Of a DNA stretch of 64,000 bases, positions 54,738-64,000 are shown piece after piece. This DNA is from Emiliania huxleyi CCMP1516 (lineage: Eukaryota). The notes under the pieces were generated by a model. The model saw nothing but the letters and a program-made list of their open reading frames with translations. It did no database searches and was not told where the DNA came from. The position numbers were made by a program, and so were the translations under genes. Where the stretch lies: contig NW_005202237.1 in assembly GCF_000372725.1 (NCBI RefSeq), positions 248,001-312,000 of the forward strand, given 5' to 3'. Each line of letters begins with the position of its first letter. Within the stretch, counting starts at the first letter, position 1.

Positions 54738-56525
54738 ATGGACAGGCGGCGCGTCCTTCAGCAGGTGGCTCACGAGGCCCATGAAGAGGTTCTCAGGCGT
54801 GGTTACCAGTGGGCGGCGCCCAAGGTCGACCCGGTTGCTGCGAGCGCTGCCGGCCAAGACGACAAGCATGGAGAGGCAGCATTGGAGCGCGCCTTGGGGG
54901 AGGCGTGCGACTCGCCAGCGCCAGCTCGACCGCCAAAGCCGCTCAGTGAACGGTCGGTGACCGCAGTAGCTTGTGCGGCCGCCATTGCAGCGGCCACCGC
55001 GGCGCACCAGCCAGGGCCATGGGTGCCGCTCGCGCCATTGCAGCTCGGTGCAGTGAAGAGGCCACCGCTGGTGGGGTTTTGGAGCGGTCTCCTCACCGCC
55101 ACTTTCCACCTTGGTATCACGGTGGACCAAATCTGCCCGCGGACAGTCTCGCCAGTCCGAAGACAGCGAGAGCTCTGCGTGCGGCTTGCATTGCTTGCGG
55201 CGGCTTCGCTCAGCCTCGGGCTCACCACCTCATTTGGTTTTGCACTGAGCTGCCGAGCGCTCACCGGACTAGCCGCGGCGCCCTTTCAGCGTGCGGTGCG
55301 CCACTGCCTCGTCTCTGATCCCGCCGCGCCGCCGCAGCGATCGCTCCTCGACCCAACACGACTGAACGTGGCGGTGGCTAGTGGTGCCAGTTTCCTTCTG
55401 CCTCCGATCATCGGGTCCCTGGTGGGCACTGTTCGCAGCGGTCTCGAGTTGGGGGGGAATGAGACTAGCGGCGTCGGCGGCGATGGCCCAGACGACGGCT
55501 TGGCCCGCCCATTTCTGGCTCCGTGCCTCGCCTCTGCTGCGCTATGTCTCGGCGCCTCAGCGGCGGCGGTGCTCCTGCCTGCCACGGCCACCGCAGCCAC
55601 TGCCACTGCGGCCGCTTGCGTCAATGTGGAGCACCACAGAGCCGCGCCTGCTATGCGGGGCGCGGCGGCAGCCCTCAAGGCGGTCGGCGGACGGCCCTCA
55701 CGGTACAAGCCCCTGGGTAATCCTGGCGGCGGGTCTTTGAGTGGCGACAGCAGATGCGGGAGCGGAAGCAGTGAGAGCAGCGAACCCCTCCCTCGAGCGG
55801 CGATCAGTGTGCTGGCGGCCGCCGGGCTCTTGGCCCTAGCTGAGACTGCGTACAACGAGGCGCTCCTGCTCTGGATTGTCTTGGGCACTGGCGCAGGCGG
55901 CGACGCCGACGCCGGTGGCCTCGGCCCTCGCTCGGGCGCCGCCTTGCTCAGCGCAGAAGGGCTCGGCGTGCTCGCCTTTTCTCGGCTCGGCCGCCCGCGG
56001 GTCGCCGCGCCCGAGACGCGTTGTGTTCGGCTTGCGCTTGCTACCGCCGCCGCTTACGCCTCTTTGCCTGCGCTGCCTCGCCTCGCCACTCCGCAGTTCC
56101 TTCTACCGCTCCTCCTGCTACACACTGCGCTCGGCGCCGCCTTGAGCGCCGCCGCCGCCGCCGCCTGCCTCGAGATGCTCTCCGCAGTTTGTCCCGAGGG
56201 CGGACAGCGGCGCGTAGCGGCCGGGCTGCACACGCGCGTGACGAGTGGTGCGGCCGTGGCCGCCGCTCCCCTCGGCGGTGCGTGTTTTGCGTGGTCCGTC
56301 TCCTCGCCCGCAGCGCCCGTAGGCACCCCGCTTGCCTTTGTCCTCTGTGGCGGGCTGAGTGCCACGGCTGCGCGGGCGGCCTTTGTCGGCGCGCGTGCCG
56401 CACGGGCGCAGCGCACAGTCTGCGAGGCGATCAGCCGGGTGGCGGCGCCGAGGGCTCCGAGGGCCATGCCCGTTGCGCCGGAGGGAGAGCGTGTTCGATT
56501 GGGCCGCAGCCTGCAAGCAAGTTAA
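54738..56525 (+). CDS. Major facilitator superfamily transporter (ZIFL-like, divergent)
   Basis: Two bundles of hydrophobic helices; VGFWSGLL, ALSCRALTGL, PIIGSLV, RPFLAPCL and APLGGACFAWS. Confidence 0.65.
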   Translation: MDRRRVLQQVAHEAHEEVLRRGYQWAAPKVDPVAASAAGQDDKHGEAALERALGEACDSPAPARPPKPLSERSVTAVACAAAIAAATAAHQPGPWVPLAPLQLGAVKRPPLVGFWSGLLTATFHLGITVDQICPRTVSPVRRQRELCVRLALLAAASLSLGLTTSFGFALSCRALTGLAAAPFQRAVRHCLVSDPAAPPQRSLLDPTRLNVAVASGASFLLPPIIGSLVGTVRSGLELGGNETSGVGGDGPDDGLARPFLAPCLASAALCLGASAAAVLLPATATAATATAAACVNVEHHRAAPAMRGAAAALKAVGGRPSRYKPLGNPGGGSLSGDSRCGSGSSESSEPLPRAAISVLAAAGLLALAETAYNEALLLWIVLGTGAGGDADAGGLGPRSGAALLSAEGLGVLAFSRLGRPRVAAPETRCVRLALATAAAYASLPALPRLATPQFLLPLLLLHTALGAALSAAAAAACLEMLSAVCPEGGQRRVAAGLHTRVTSGAAVAAAPLGGACFAWSVSSPAAPVGTPLAFVLCGGLSATAARAAFVGARAARAQRTVCEAISRVAAPRAPRAMPVAPEGERVRLGRSLQAS

Positions 56526-56687
56526 CCAGAAATGACTCGGTACGAAAGTGCGGCCGCGAACTCCCCAAAGCGGCCGCCCACGCTTTCTCACACGACGCAA
56601 TTGATGCACGCGCCAGTCGCTTGGAGACGTTTACACCTTACCTTATATACGGCGGCGCTTTATGCCTTAGTCCTTGTACAGCTTAGC

Positions 56688-57077
56688 TAGAGCTGTTTAA
56701 CGTTGGGAGCTGAACAGTGTTGCTAGTGTTAACAGTAACAACAGAACAACAGTGGGGCTCCCCAACAACAGTAGCTAACGTTAGGCCGGCTGAACAACAA
56801 TAAGGAAGGCCCTGGCAGTGTCCAGTGACCCATCCACGACAATCTCCAGCGTGCCGTCCAGTGCGGGTAATACCCGAAAATACCCGGAAACCCCCAGGTA
56901 TTTTCGGGTTTTACCCGGGTTTTTGGCATTTTCTGCTTGCTGACCGCTGAACAACAGTAACAACAGTAACAAACAGTAACAGCATATGAGCTGGGGTGAA
57001 CACACTTGAACAACGTTAAGGATTTCACCCAACACTAGCGCAACTGTTAGGCCCAAAGTTAATGTTAAACAGCTCTA
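56688..57077. mobile_element. hAT-like MITE (390 bp)
   Basis: 14-bp perfect TIR TAGAGCTGTTTAAC. Near-8-bp TSD (CAGCTTAGC / CAGCTTAC). AT-rich, with AACAGTAAC subterminal repeats and a central palindrome. Confidence 0.85.
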
Positions 57078-57187
57078 CAGCTTACGTACACGTAAGACAC
57101 GTCACCAACGCCGATTCTCTTTGAAGTTTGATCTCTCTGCGCGAAGGAAAAAGAAATAACATGATACAGGTGTGCACATGGGCTAGT

Positions 57188-57763
57188 CTACCCGCTCGAC
57201 GCACCTGCGAGCACGCTAGTCCAGTGCTGCAGCCCCGCAGTGGGCGACCTCTTCACCAGCGTGAGGCGCAGCAGCCTCCCCTCCCCCTGCCCGGGCGCAT
57301 CCTCGAGCACCCAATCCGAGTCGTCAGGCAGCACCTTCCGCAGCAACGATCCCTGCAGCACAGCCTGGCCGCACACCGCAAGCGAAAGCGAGGCCGGCAG
57401 CACGCGGCACGCCACGTCTCTTGCCCTCGCGCCGGCCGGAAGCGGCACCTCAACCACAACCTCGGACACAGTCTGACTCCATGAGAAGCCGTCGCCTTTG
57501 CCTGAAAACTTGCTCTCGTCGTCCGGCTCGAGCAGCTTCTGGAAGTAGCGTTCCTCCGCAAGGCCTTTGTGCTGCGGAGTTGAAGCTGTACCAGTGCCAG
57601 CGCCGAAGAAGGTCAGCACACCGACAAGCAGGCAGGCAGCGACGATGGCGCCGTGCCACCCGACAGCGCTAAGAGGCGCCTCGTTGCTGCTATCCGGATC
57701 GCATGTGGCGGCCGAAAGCGATGCGGCGGCCGCTAGCAGTCGCGACAGACGGGCGGGTTCCAT
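57188..57763 (-). CDS. CS (p23/NudC-like) domain protein with N-terminal signal/TM segments
   Basis: FSWSQTVSEVVVEVPL..LQGSLLRKVLPDDSDWVLED..LRLTLVK..HWTSVL. Confidence 0.85.
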   Translation of the reverse strand: MEPARLSRLLAAAASLSAATCDPDSSNEAPLSAVGWHGAIVAACLLVGVLTFFGAGTGTASTPQHKGLAEERYFQKLLEPDDESKFSGKGDGFSWSQTVSEVVVEVPLPAGARARDVACRVLPASLSLAVCGQAVLQGSLLRKVLPDDSDWVLEDAPGQGEGRLLRLTLVKRSPTAGLQHWTSVLAGASSG

Positions 57764-57978
57764 GAAGCTCCAAGCACACGGCCCCTCCCTGGAGGGCAAC
57801 CTCCAACCGCCGTCAGCAGCCTCGGTGTGAAATACACGAAAGAATCGATCTCAACGGACTTGGTACACCGAGCAGCTGGCTCCGCGAGATTCTGGAGGAG
57901 CAGCCTCGAACAAAAGAAAAAGCGCCCGCCGCAAGGGCAAACAGCGCGTTGCCGCCCTACGCACAGATATATACACGT

Positions 57979-59142
57979 ATGTCTGCATCCGCGCTCCGCA
58001 GCCCCCGCCAGATTGGACATTCGACGCCCGCCACCGGCTCGTGCGCTTACTTTGAGGACGCGTACCCCGCGCAGCACGCCCGGTGGCTGTCCGAGGGCCG
58101 TTTGCTGCTGTACTGCCCCTCCTCGTCCGGCTTTGGCGCGTGGCTGTTTGGCCTCCAGTCGCTCGTTGCCGCGTCCGTCCTGACAGAGCGAGCGCTGATC
58201 CTGGCCTGCCCTGGATTCGCCACGTGTGGGGACGGCCGAGGTGTCGAGAGGACCATCCGCAAGTGGTTTCGTGGCAGAGGCTTTGACTGGCAGCCTGAGG
58301 GCTGGGAGAGGTTGCCGGGAGTGGCGAGGGAAGGGGAGGTGCCAGTGCCGCCGTCGCGCAGCCACTTCCCCGACCGGTCATCGCGCATGTCGCCGCCGGT
58401 CTTCAATGTTGCAGAGTGGCACCTGTGGATGCGATGGCCGCGTCCAATCGTGTACAACCGCACGCATGTATCAGGTCTCCTTGTGACCGACCGCCCGAGC
58501 GTGGTCAAGCTCTGCGCGGGGGAGCACACTGCGCCAGACAAGTTCTTCGAGCGCGGTCCGGGACCAGTTCAGAACGCCGCTCTTTTCAGAGCACGGACCG
58601 GCATCGAGAAGTGGTCGGTCCGGTCGATGCAATGCGCACTGCGCGCTTTTCTGGAGCCAACAGCCGCGCTCCGGCGCACGATGGGAAGAGTCGTGCCCGA
58701 CAACGCCCCCTTTGTGGTGATGCACGCCCGGCTGGGCGACGGCTCCATGCAGAGAGAGTCGAGCAGCACGCGCTGGAAGTGGTCGAAGGAGCGGCGGCAG
58801 GTCTTCCGCAACGGGACCGCGACCGACGGCGCGCTACGGGGTGTGCTGGATCGCTTTGCGGCGGAGCACGAGGCGCTGCCGCACGTGGTGGTGACGGACA
58901 CGCAGCGGGTGGCGGAGCTCGCCGAGGAGAGAGGCATGCTCACGACGCGCAAGCTCGGCCGGCCAGTGCACCTCGGGCAGACGGACGTGTCCCGTGTGTC
59001 CGAGGACGACGTCTTAGCCCTCTATGCCGACTGGCTCCTCATGCGCCGCGCCGCGCACGCCTACCGGCTCGGCCTATCGTCGCTCATGCTCTCGGCGCGT
59101 GTCGCGGCCGGAGACCCGGAAAACATCACCACTTTTTCTTAG
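57979..59142 (+). CDS. Fucosyltransferase-like GT-B glycosyltransferase
   Basis: GFGAWL..LTERAL, VVMHARLGD, VVTD and ADWLLM..SSL correspond to the alpha-2/alpha-6/O-FucT motifs I-III. Confidence 0.6.
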   Translation: MSASALRSPRQIGHSTPATGSCAYFEDAYPAQHARWLSEGRLLLYCPSSSGFGAWLFGLQSLVAASVLTERALILACPGFATCGDGRGVERTIRKWFRGRGFDWQPEGWERLPGVAREGEVPVPPSRSHFPDRSSRMSPPVFNVAEWHLWMRWPRPIVYNRTHVSGLLVTDRPSVVKLCAGEHTAPDKFFERGPGPVQNAALFRARTGIEKWSVRSMQCALRAFLEPTAALRRTMGRVVPDNAPFVVMHARLGDGSMQRESSSTRWKWSKERRQVFRNGTATDGALRGVLDRFAAEHEALPHVVVTDTQRVAELAEERGMLTTRKLGRPVHLGQTDVSRVSEDDVLALYADWLLMRRAAHAYRLGLSSLMLSARVAAGDPENITTFS

Positions 59143-59396
59143 AGCCCTCTCCGTGTGTCGGACGTCGCGTGAGGCGTATGTGTTTTTGGCGCGGGCCGCG
59201 GCGGCGCGGGTCGTGGCCGTGGCGGCGTGTGGGGCGTGTGAAAGGTTGTTCTCCGATTCTCACGCCGGTAAAGCCGCCGTAAAGCGTATATCTCCGCGCG
59301 CGGGTCGCGCTTGTGCTGTGAGATGACCTCGCTTCGAGAGCGAGCCGCCTCCGCTTGAGCGCTTTTTTTTTACTGGTTTGGTGCTTTGGAACGCAC

Positions 59397-59726
59397 TCAG
59401 CCCGAGACTCGTCTACTCTGGCGCACCAGACACGGCCGGAGCAAGCTCTCGGGCAGAGCAGCGTCGCAGTCGGCGCTGGGCTGACGCTGGGCGCTGCACG
59501 CGCGCCACGCCGGTGCCGCTGCTGCCTGCCGATCGCCTGCACGAGCGAGCGCATCCAGGGAGGAGGGCGACAGTTGGGCGAAGATGCTCTCGCGGAGCTC
59601 ACAGGGCAGCGCATCGAGACGGTCGGCAGGTGGAACGCCGCCGCTGGCGCCCAGCGAGTGAGAAGGCGACGGCGACGCGAAGAAAGAGGCGTCGATCACC
59701 GCGTACGGCGGGCGAGAAGAGGTCAT
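59397..59726 (-). pseudogene. Short F-box-like fragment
   Basis: LDALPCELRESIFAQLSPSSLDAL matches the F-box pattern. The ORF is short. Confidence 0.4.
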
Positions 59727-59789
59727 TGAGCACGACACAGCTGTGGCTTGTGATCCGGACTGCCGAAGCGAACTTGAAGCAACTTCTTC

Positions 59790-60344
59790 ACTAGTCTCGG
59801 CTTCTCCACATGAACCAAGCATCGGCACCGTGAGGTGTGATACCCATTACGCGAGCAGAGGCTCGAGCTGAGTTCGCCGTGAGAGCCACGGTGGATCCCA
59901 TGATAGCGTGAGAGCTTAGCATGCCACCAAGGAGAGGGTGGGTGGGAACCAAAGAGAGATGGCGCAGCCGGAGGGCTGGCGCCGTCAGAGAGGATGGAGC
60001 GGCCACAGAGGTGGCGCGGCATCAGGTCCCATGAGCAGGGAGAGAGCGCAGCGAGAGCGCCGCGCATGAGGAGCAAGGGCCAAGCGCGCTCGCGAAAGTA
60101 GGCGGCGAAAGCGCGCACCAGCTGAAGTGCAAGTTTGGTGTTCACAGCAGCGGAGGCTGAGTGAAGACCGCATGCGATGTGCGCGAGGGCACACGAGAGG
60201 GACTCAGGAGAGGTATCCGTGAGTACCCTACGATAAACTAGTGGCCTACCACGAGTTGGGGCCCCCACCCCAATCGTTATCGGCGGACTAGTTTATCTCG
60301 GCTTCTCCACATGAACCAAGCATCGGCACCGTGAGGTGTGATAC
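59790..60344. repeat. ~50-bp direct repeat pair
   Basis: TCTCGGCTTCTCCACATGAACCAAGCATCGGCACCGTGAGGTGTGATAC at ~59795 and ~60296, each preceded by ACTAG. Confidence 0.9.
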
Positions 60345-60524
60345 ATTGGTGCGTAAAGGGTCAGTCTGGAGTCGCGTGCCTCCACAACGGAAGAGCTACG
60401 CAGTACCTGACATCCCAACGCAGAGTGGAGGGAGCGGGTGCAGACGGACCTCGCATCCCAATGAAGCCAGAAGAGGGGCAGATGCGCTCGTGACGAGGAG
60501 CGACCCCAGCGTGAAGCCTACATT

Positions 60525-63500
60525 CACGCCACGCCGCCCACGAGGCGGCACACGAGACGAGGCTCGAGTAGACGAAGAGCGAGACGAGGCTCACACGAGG
60601 CGGCGGCAGAGACAGCCGCCCGCCACGCCACGCCGCCCACGAGGCGGCACACGAGACGAGGCTCGAGTAGACGAAGAGCGAGACGAGGCTCACTCGAGGC
60701 GGCGGCAGAGACAGCAGCCCGCCACGCCGCCCACGAGGCGGCACACGAGACGAGGCTCGAGTAGACGAAGAGCGAGACGAGGCTCACTCGAGGCGGCGGC
60801 ACAGACAGCCGCCCGCCACGCCGCCCAAGAGGCGGCACACGAGACGAGGCTCGAGTAGACGAAGAGCGAGACGAGGCTCACTCGAGGCGGCGGCAGAGAC
60901 AGCAGCCCGCCACGCCGCCCACGAGGCGGCACACGAGACGAGGCTCGAGTAGACGAAGAGCGAGACGAGGCTCACACGAGGCGGCGGCACAGACAGCCGC
61001 CCGCCACGCCACGCCGCCCACGAGGCGGCACACGAGACGAGGCTCGAGTAGACGAAGAGCGAGACAAGGCTCACTCGAGGCGGCGGCACAGACAGCCGCC
61101 CGCCACGCCACGCCGCCCACGAGGCGGCACACGAGGCTCGGCTCGAGTAGACGAAGAGCGAGACGAGGCTCACTCGAGGCGGCGGCAGAGACAGCAGCCC
61201 GCCACGCCGCCCACGAGGCGGCACACGAGACGAGGCTCGAGTAGACGAAGAGCGAGACGAGGCTCACTCGAGGCGGCGGCAGAGACAGCAGCCCGCCACG
61301 CCGCCCACGAGGCGGCACACGAGACGAGGCTCGAGTAGACGAAGAGCGAGACGAGGCTCACTCGAGGCGGCGGCACAGACAGCCGCCCGCCACGCCGCCC
61401 AAGAGGCGGCACACGAGACGAGGCTCGAGTAGACGAAGAGCGAGACGAGGCTCACTCGAGGCGGCGGCAGAGACAGCAGCCCGCCACGCCGCCCACGAGG
61501 CGGCACACGAGACGAGGCTCGAGTAGACGAAGAGCGAGACGAGGCTCACACGAGGCGGCGGCACAGACAGCCGCCCGCCACGCCACGCCGCCCACGAGGC
61601 GGCACACGAGACGAGGCTCGAGTAGACGAAGAGCGAGACAAGGCTCACTCGAGGCGGCGGCACAGACAGCCGCCCGCCACGCCACGCCGCCCACGAGGCG
61701 GCACACGAGGCTCGGCTCGAGTAGACGAAGAGCGAGACGAGGCTCACTCGAGGCGGGCAGAGACAGCCGCCCGCCACGCCGCCCCACGAGGCGGCACACG
61801 AGACGAGGCTCGAGTAGACGAAGAGCGAGACGAGGCTCACTCGAGGCGGCGGCACAGACAGCCGCCCGCCACGCCACGCCGCCCACGAGGCGGCACACGA
61901 GACGAGGCTCGAGTAGACGAAGAGCGAGACAAGGCTCACTCGAGGCGGCGGCACAGACAGCCGCCCGCCACGCCACGCCGCCCACGAGGCGGCACACGAG
62001 GCTCGGCTCGAGTAGACGAAGAGCGAGACGAGGCTCACTCGAGGCGGCGGCAGAGACAGCAGCCCGCCACGCCGCCCACGAGGCGGCACACGAGACGAGG
62101 CTCGAGTAGACGAAGAGCGAGACGAGGCTCACTCGAGGCGGCGGCAGAGACAGCCGCCCGCCACGCCGCCCAAGAGGCGGCACACGAGACGAGGCTCGAG
62201 TAGACGAAGAGCGAGACGAGGCTCACTCAAGGCGGCAGCAGAGACAGCCGCCCGCCACGCCGCCCACGAGGCGGCACACGAGACGAGGCTCGAGTAGACG
62301 AAGAGCGAGACGAGGCTCACTCGAGGCGGCGGCAGAGACAGCCGCCCGCCACGCCACGCCGCCCACGAGGCGGCACACGAGGCGAGGCTCGAGTAGACGA
62401 AGAGCGAGACGAGGCTCACTCGAGGCGGCGGCAGAGACAGCCGCCCGCCACGCCACGCCGCCCACGAGGCGGCACACGAGGCGAGGCTCGAGTAGACGAA
62501 GAGCCAGACGAGGCTCACTCGAGGCGGCAGCAGAGACAGCCGCCCGCCACGCCGCCCACGAGGCGGCACACGAGGCGAGGCTCGAGTAGACGAAGAGCGA
62601 GACGAGGCTCACTCGAGGCGGCGGCAGAGACAGCCGCCCGCCACGCCACGCCGCCCACGAGGCGGCACACGAGACGAGGCTCGAGTAGACGAAGAGCCAG
62701 ACGAGGCTCACTCGAGGCGGCGGCAGAGACAGCCGCCCGCCACGCCACGCCGCCCACGAGGCGGCACACGAGGCGAGGCTCGAGTAGACGAAGAGCCAGA
62801 CGAGGCTCACTCGAGGCGGCAGCAGAGACAGCCGCCCACCACGCCACGCCGCCCAAGAGGCGGCACACGAGGCGAGGCTCGAGGAGACGAAGAGCGAGAC
62901 GAGGCTCACTCGAGGCGGCGGCAGAGACAGCAGCCCGCCACGCCGCCCACGAGGCGGCACACGAGACGAGGCTCGAGTAGACGAAGAGCGAGACGAGGCT
63001 CACTCGAGGCGGCGGCAGAGACAGCCGCCCGCCACGCCGCCCAAGAGGCGGCACACGAGACGAGGCTCGAGTAGACGAAGAGCGAGACGAGGCCGACTCG
63101 AGGCGGAGGCAGAGACAGCCGCCCGCCACGCCACGCCGCCCCACGAGGCGGCACACGAGGCGAGGCTCGAGTAGACGAAGAGCGAGACGAGGCTCACACG
63201 AGGCGGCGGCAGAGACAGCCGCCCGCCACGCCGCCCAAGAGGCGGCACACGAGACGAGGCTCGAGTAGACGAAGAGCGAGACGAGGCTCACTCGAGGCGG
63301 AGGCAGAGACAGCCGCCCGCCACGCCACGCCGCCCCACGAGGCGGCACACGAGGCGAGGCTCGAGTAGACGAAGAGCGAGACGAGGCTCACACGAGGCGG
63401 CGGCAGAGACAGCCGCCCGCCACGCCACGCCGCCCCACGAGGCGGCACACGAGACGAGGCTCGAGTAGACGAAGAGCGAGACGAGGCTCACTCGAGGCGG

Positions 63501-64000
63501 CGGCAGAGACGGCCGCCCGCCACGCCGCCCAAGAGGCGGCACACGAGACGAGGCTCGAGTAGACGAAGAGCGAGACGAGGCTCACTCGAGGCGGCGGCAG
63601 CGACAGCCGCCCGCCACGCCACGCCGCCCACGAGGCGGCACACGAGACGAGGCTCGAGTGGACGAAGAGCGAGACGAGGCTCACTCAAGGCGGCAGCAGA
63701 GACAGCCGCCCGCCGCGCCGTCCAAGAGGCGGCACACGAGACGCGCCACGCCACGCCGCCCAAGAGGCGGCACACGAGACGAGGCTCGAGTAGACGAAGA
63801 GCGAGACGAGGCTCACTCGAGGCGGCGGCAGAGACAGCCGCCCGCCACGCCACGCCGCCCACGAGGCGGCACACGAGACGAGGCTCGAGTAGACGAAGAG
63901 CCAGACGAGGCTCACTCGAGGCGGCGGCAGAGACAGCCGCCCGCCACGCCACGCCGCCCACGAGGCGGCACACGAGGCGAGGCTCGAGTAGACGAAGAGC
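60525..64000. repeat. Satellite array, 94-100 bp unit, ~36 copies, continuing beyond the window
   Basis: Unit CGAGGCGGCACACGAGACGAGGCTCGAGTAGACGAAGAGCGAGACGAGGCTCACTCGAGGCGGCGGCAGAGACAGCCGCCCGCCACGCC(ACGCC)GCCCA. Confidence 0.98.

Noticed and set aside
60525..64000. CRISPR array or repeat-protein gene
   Set aside because: No unique spacers and no cas genes. Unit lengths of 94 and 100 break the frame, so the many ORFs are by-products of the repeat.
1..64000. tRNA, rRNA or hammerhead ribozyme genes
   Set aside because: No convincing cloverleaf, rRNA or ribozyme core seen by eye. A covariance-model scan was not possible.

Overview
Eukaryotic nuclear DNA: very GC-rich, intron-rich, with three N-gaps. 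Many GC-AG introns carrying 10-11 bp internal repeats plus a chlorophyll a/c-type LHC gene point to a haptophyte alga such as Emiliania (Gephyrocapsa) huxleyi; this is inferred, not searched. Recognisable genes: an IQ/ankyrin/WW protein, two tandem ankyrin genes (both frameshifted), an ABC1/UbiB kinase, a VOC-YjjX-type ITPase fusion, a fatty-acid hydroxylase/sterol desaturase, an anoctamin, an LHC, EPSP synthase, a NiCoT nickel transporter, a 5'-truncated beta-hydroxyacid dehydrogenase, a PLGRKT-like protein, a CCCH-finger/methyltransferase-like protein, clathrin heavy chain, an MFS transporter, a CS-domain protein and a fucosyltransferase-like protein. Between them lie 5'-truncated non-LTR retroelements with target-site duplications (TSDs), a hAT-like MITE, an accessory island at about 31.2-41 kb, and a ~96-bp satellite array running off the right end. 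Four observations stand out. (1) A virus-like 2A/StopGo peptide is fused to a LINE AP-endonuclease, next to Tudor and chromo-like ORFs. (2) Intron 5' ends repeatedly copy the start of the following exon, a possible intron-gain footprint. (3) A family of 30-48 bp TSD-flanked micro-insertions shares the core GAGATTTTTAG, and one has its empty site visible in the window. (4) Two retroelement families share a 3' stem-loop whose structure, but not stem sequence, is conserved. All family assignments come from motif recognition by eye, and exon boundaries are hand-inferred.
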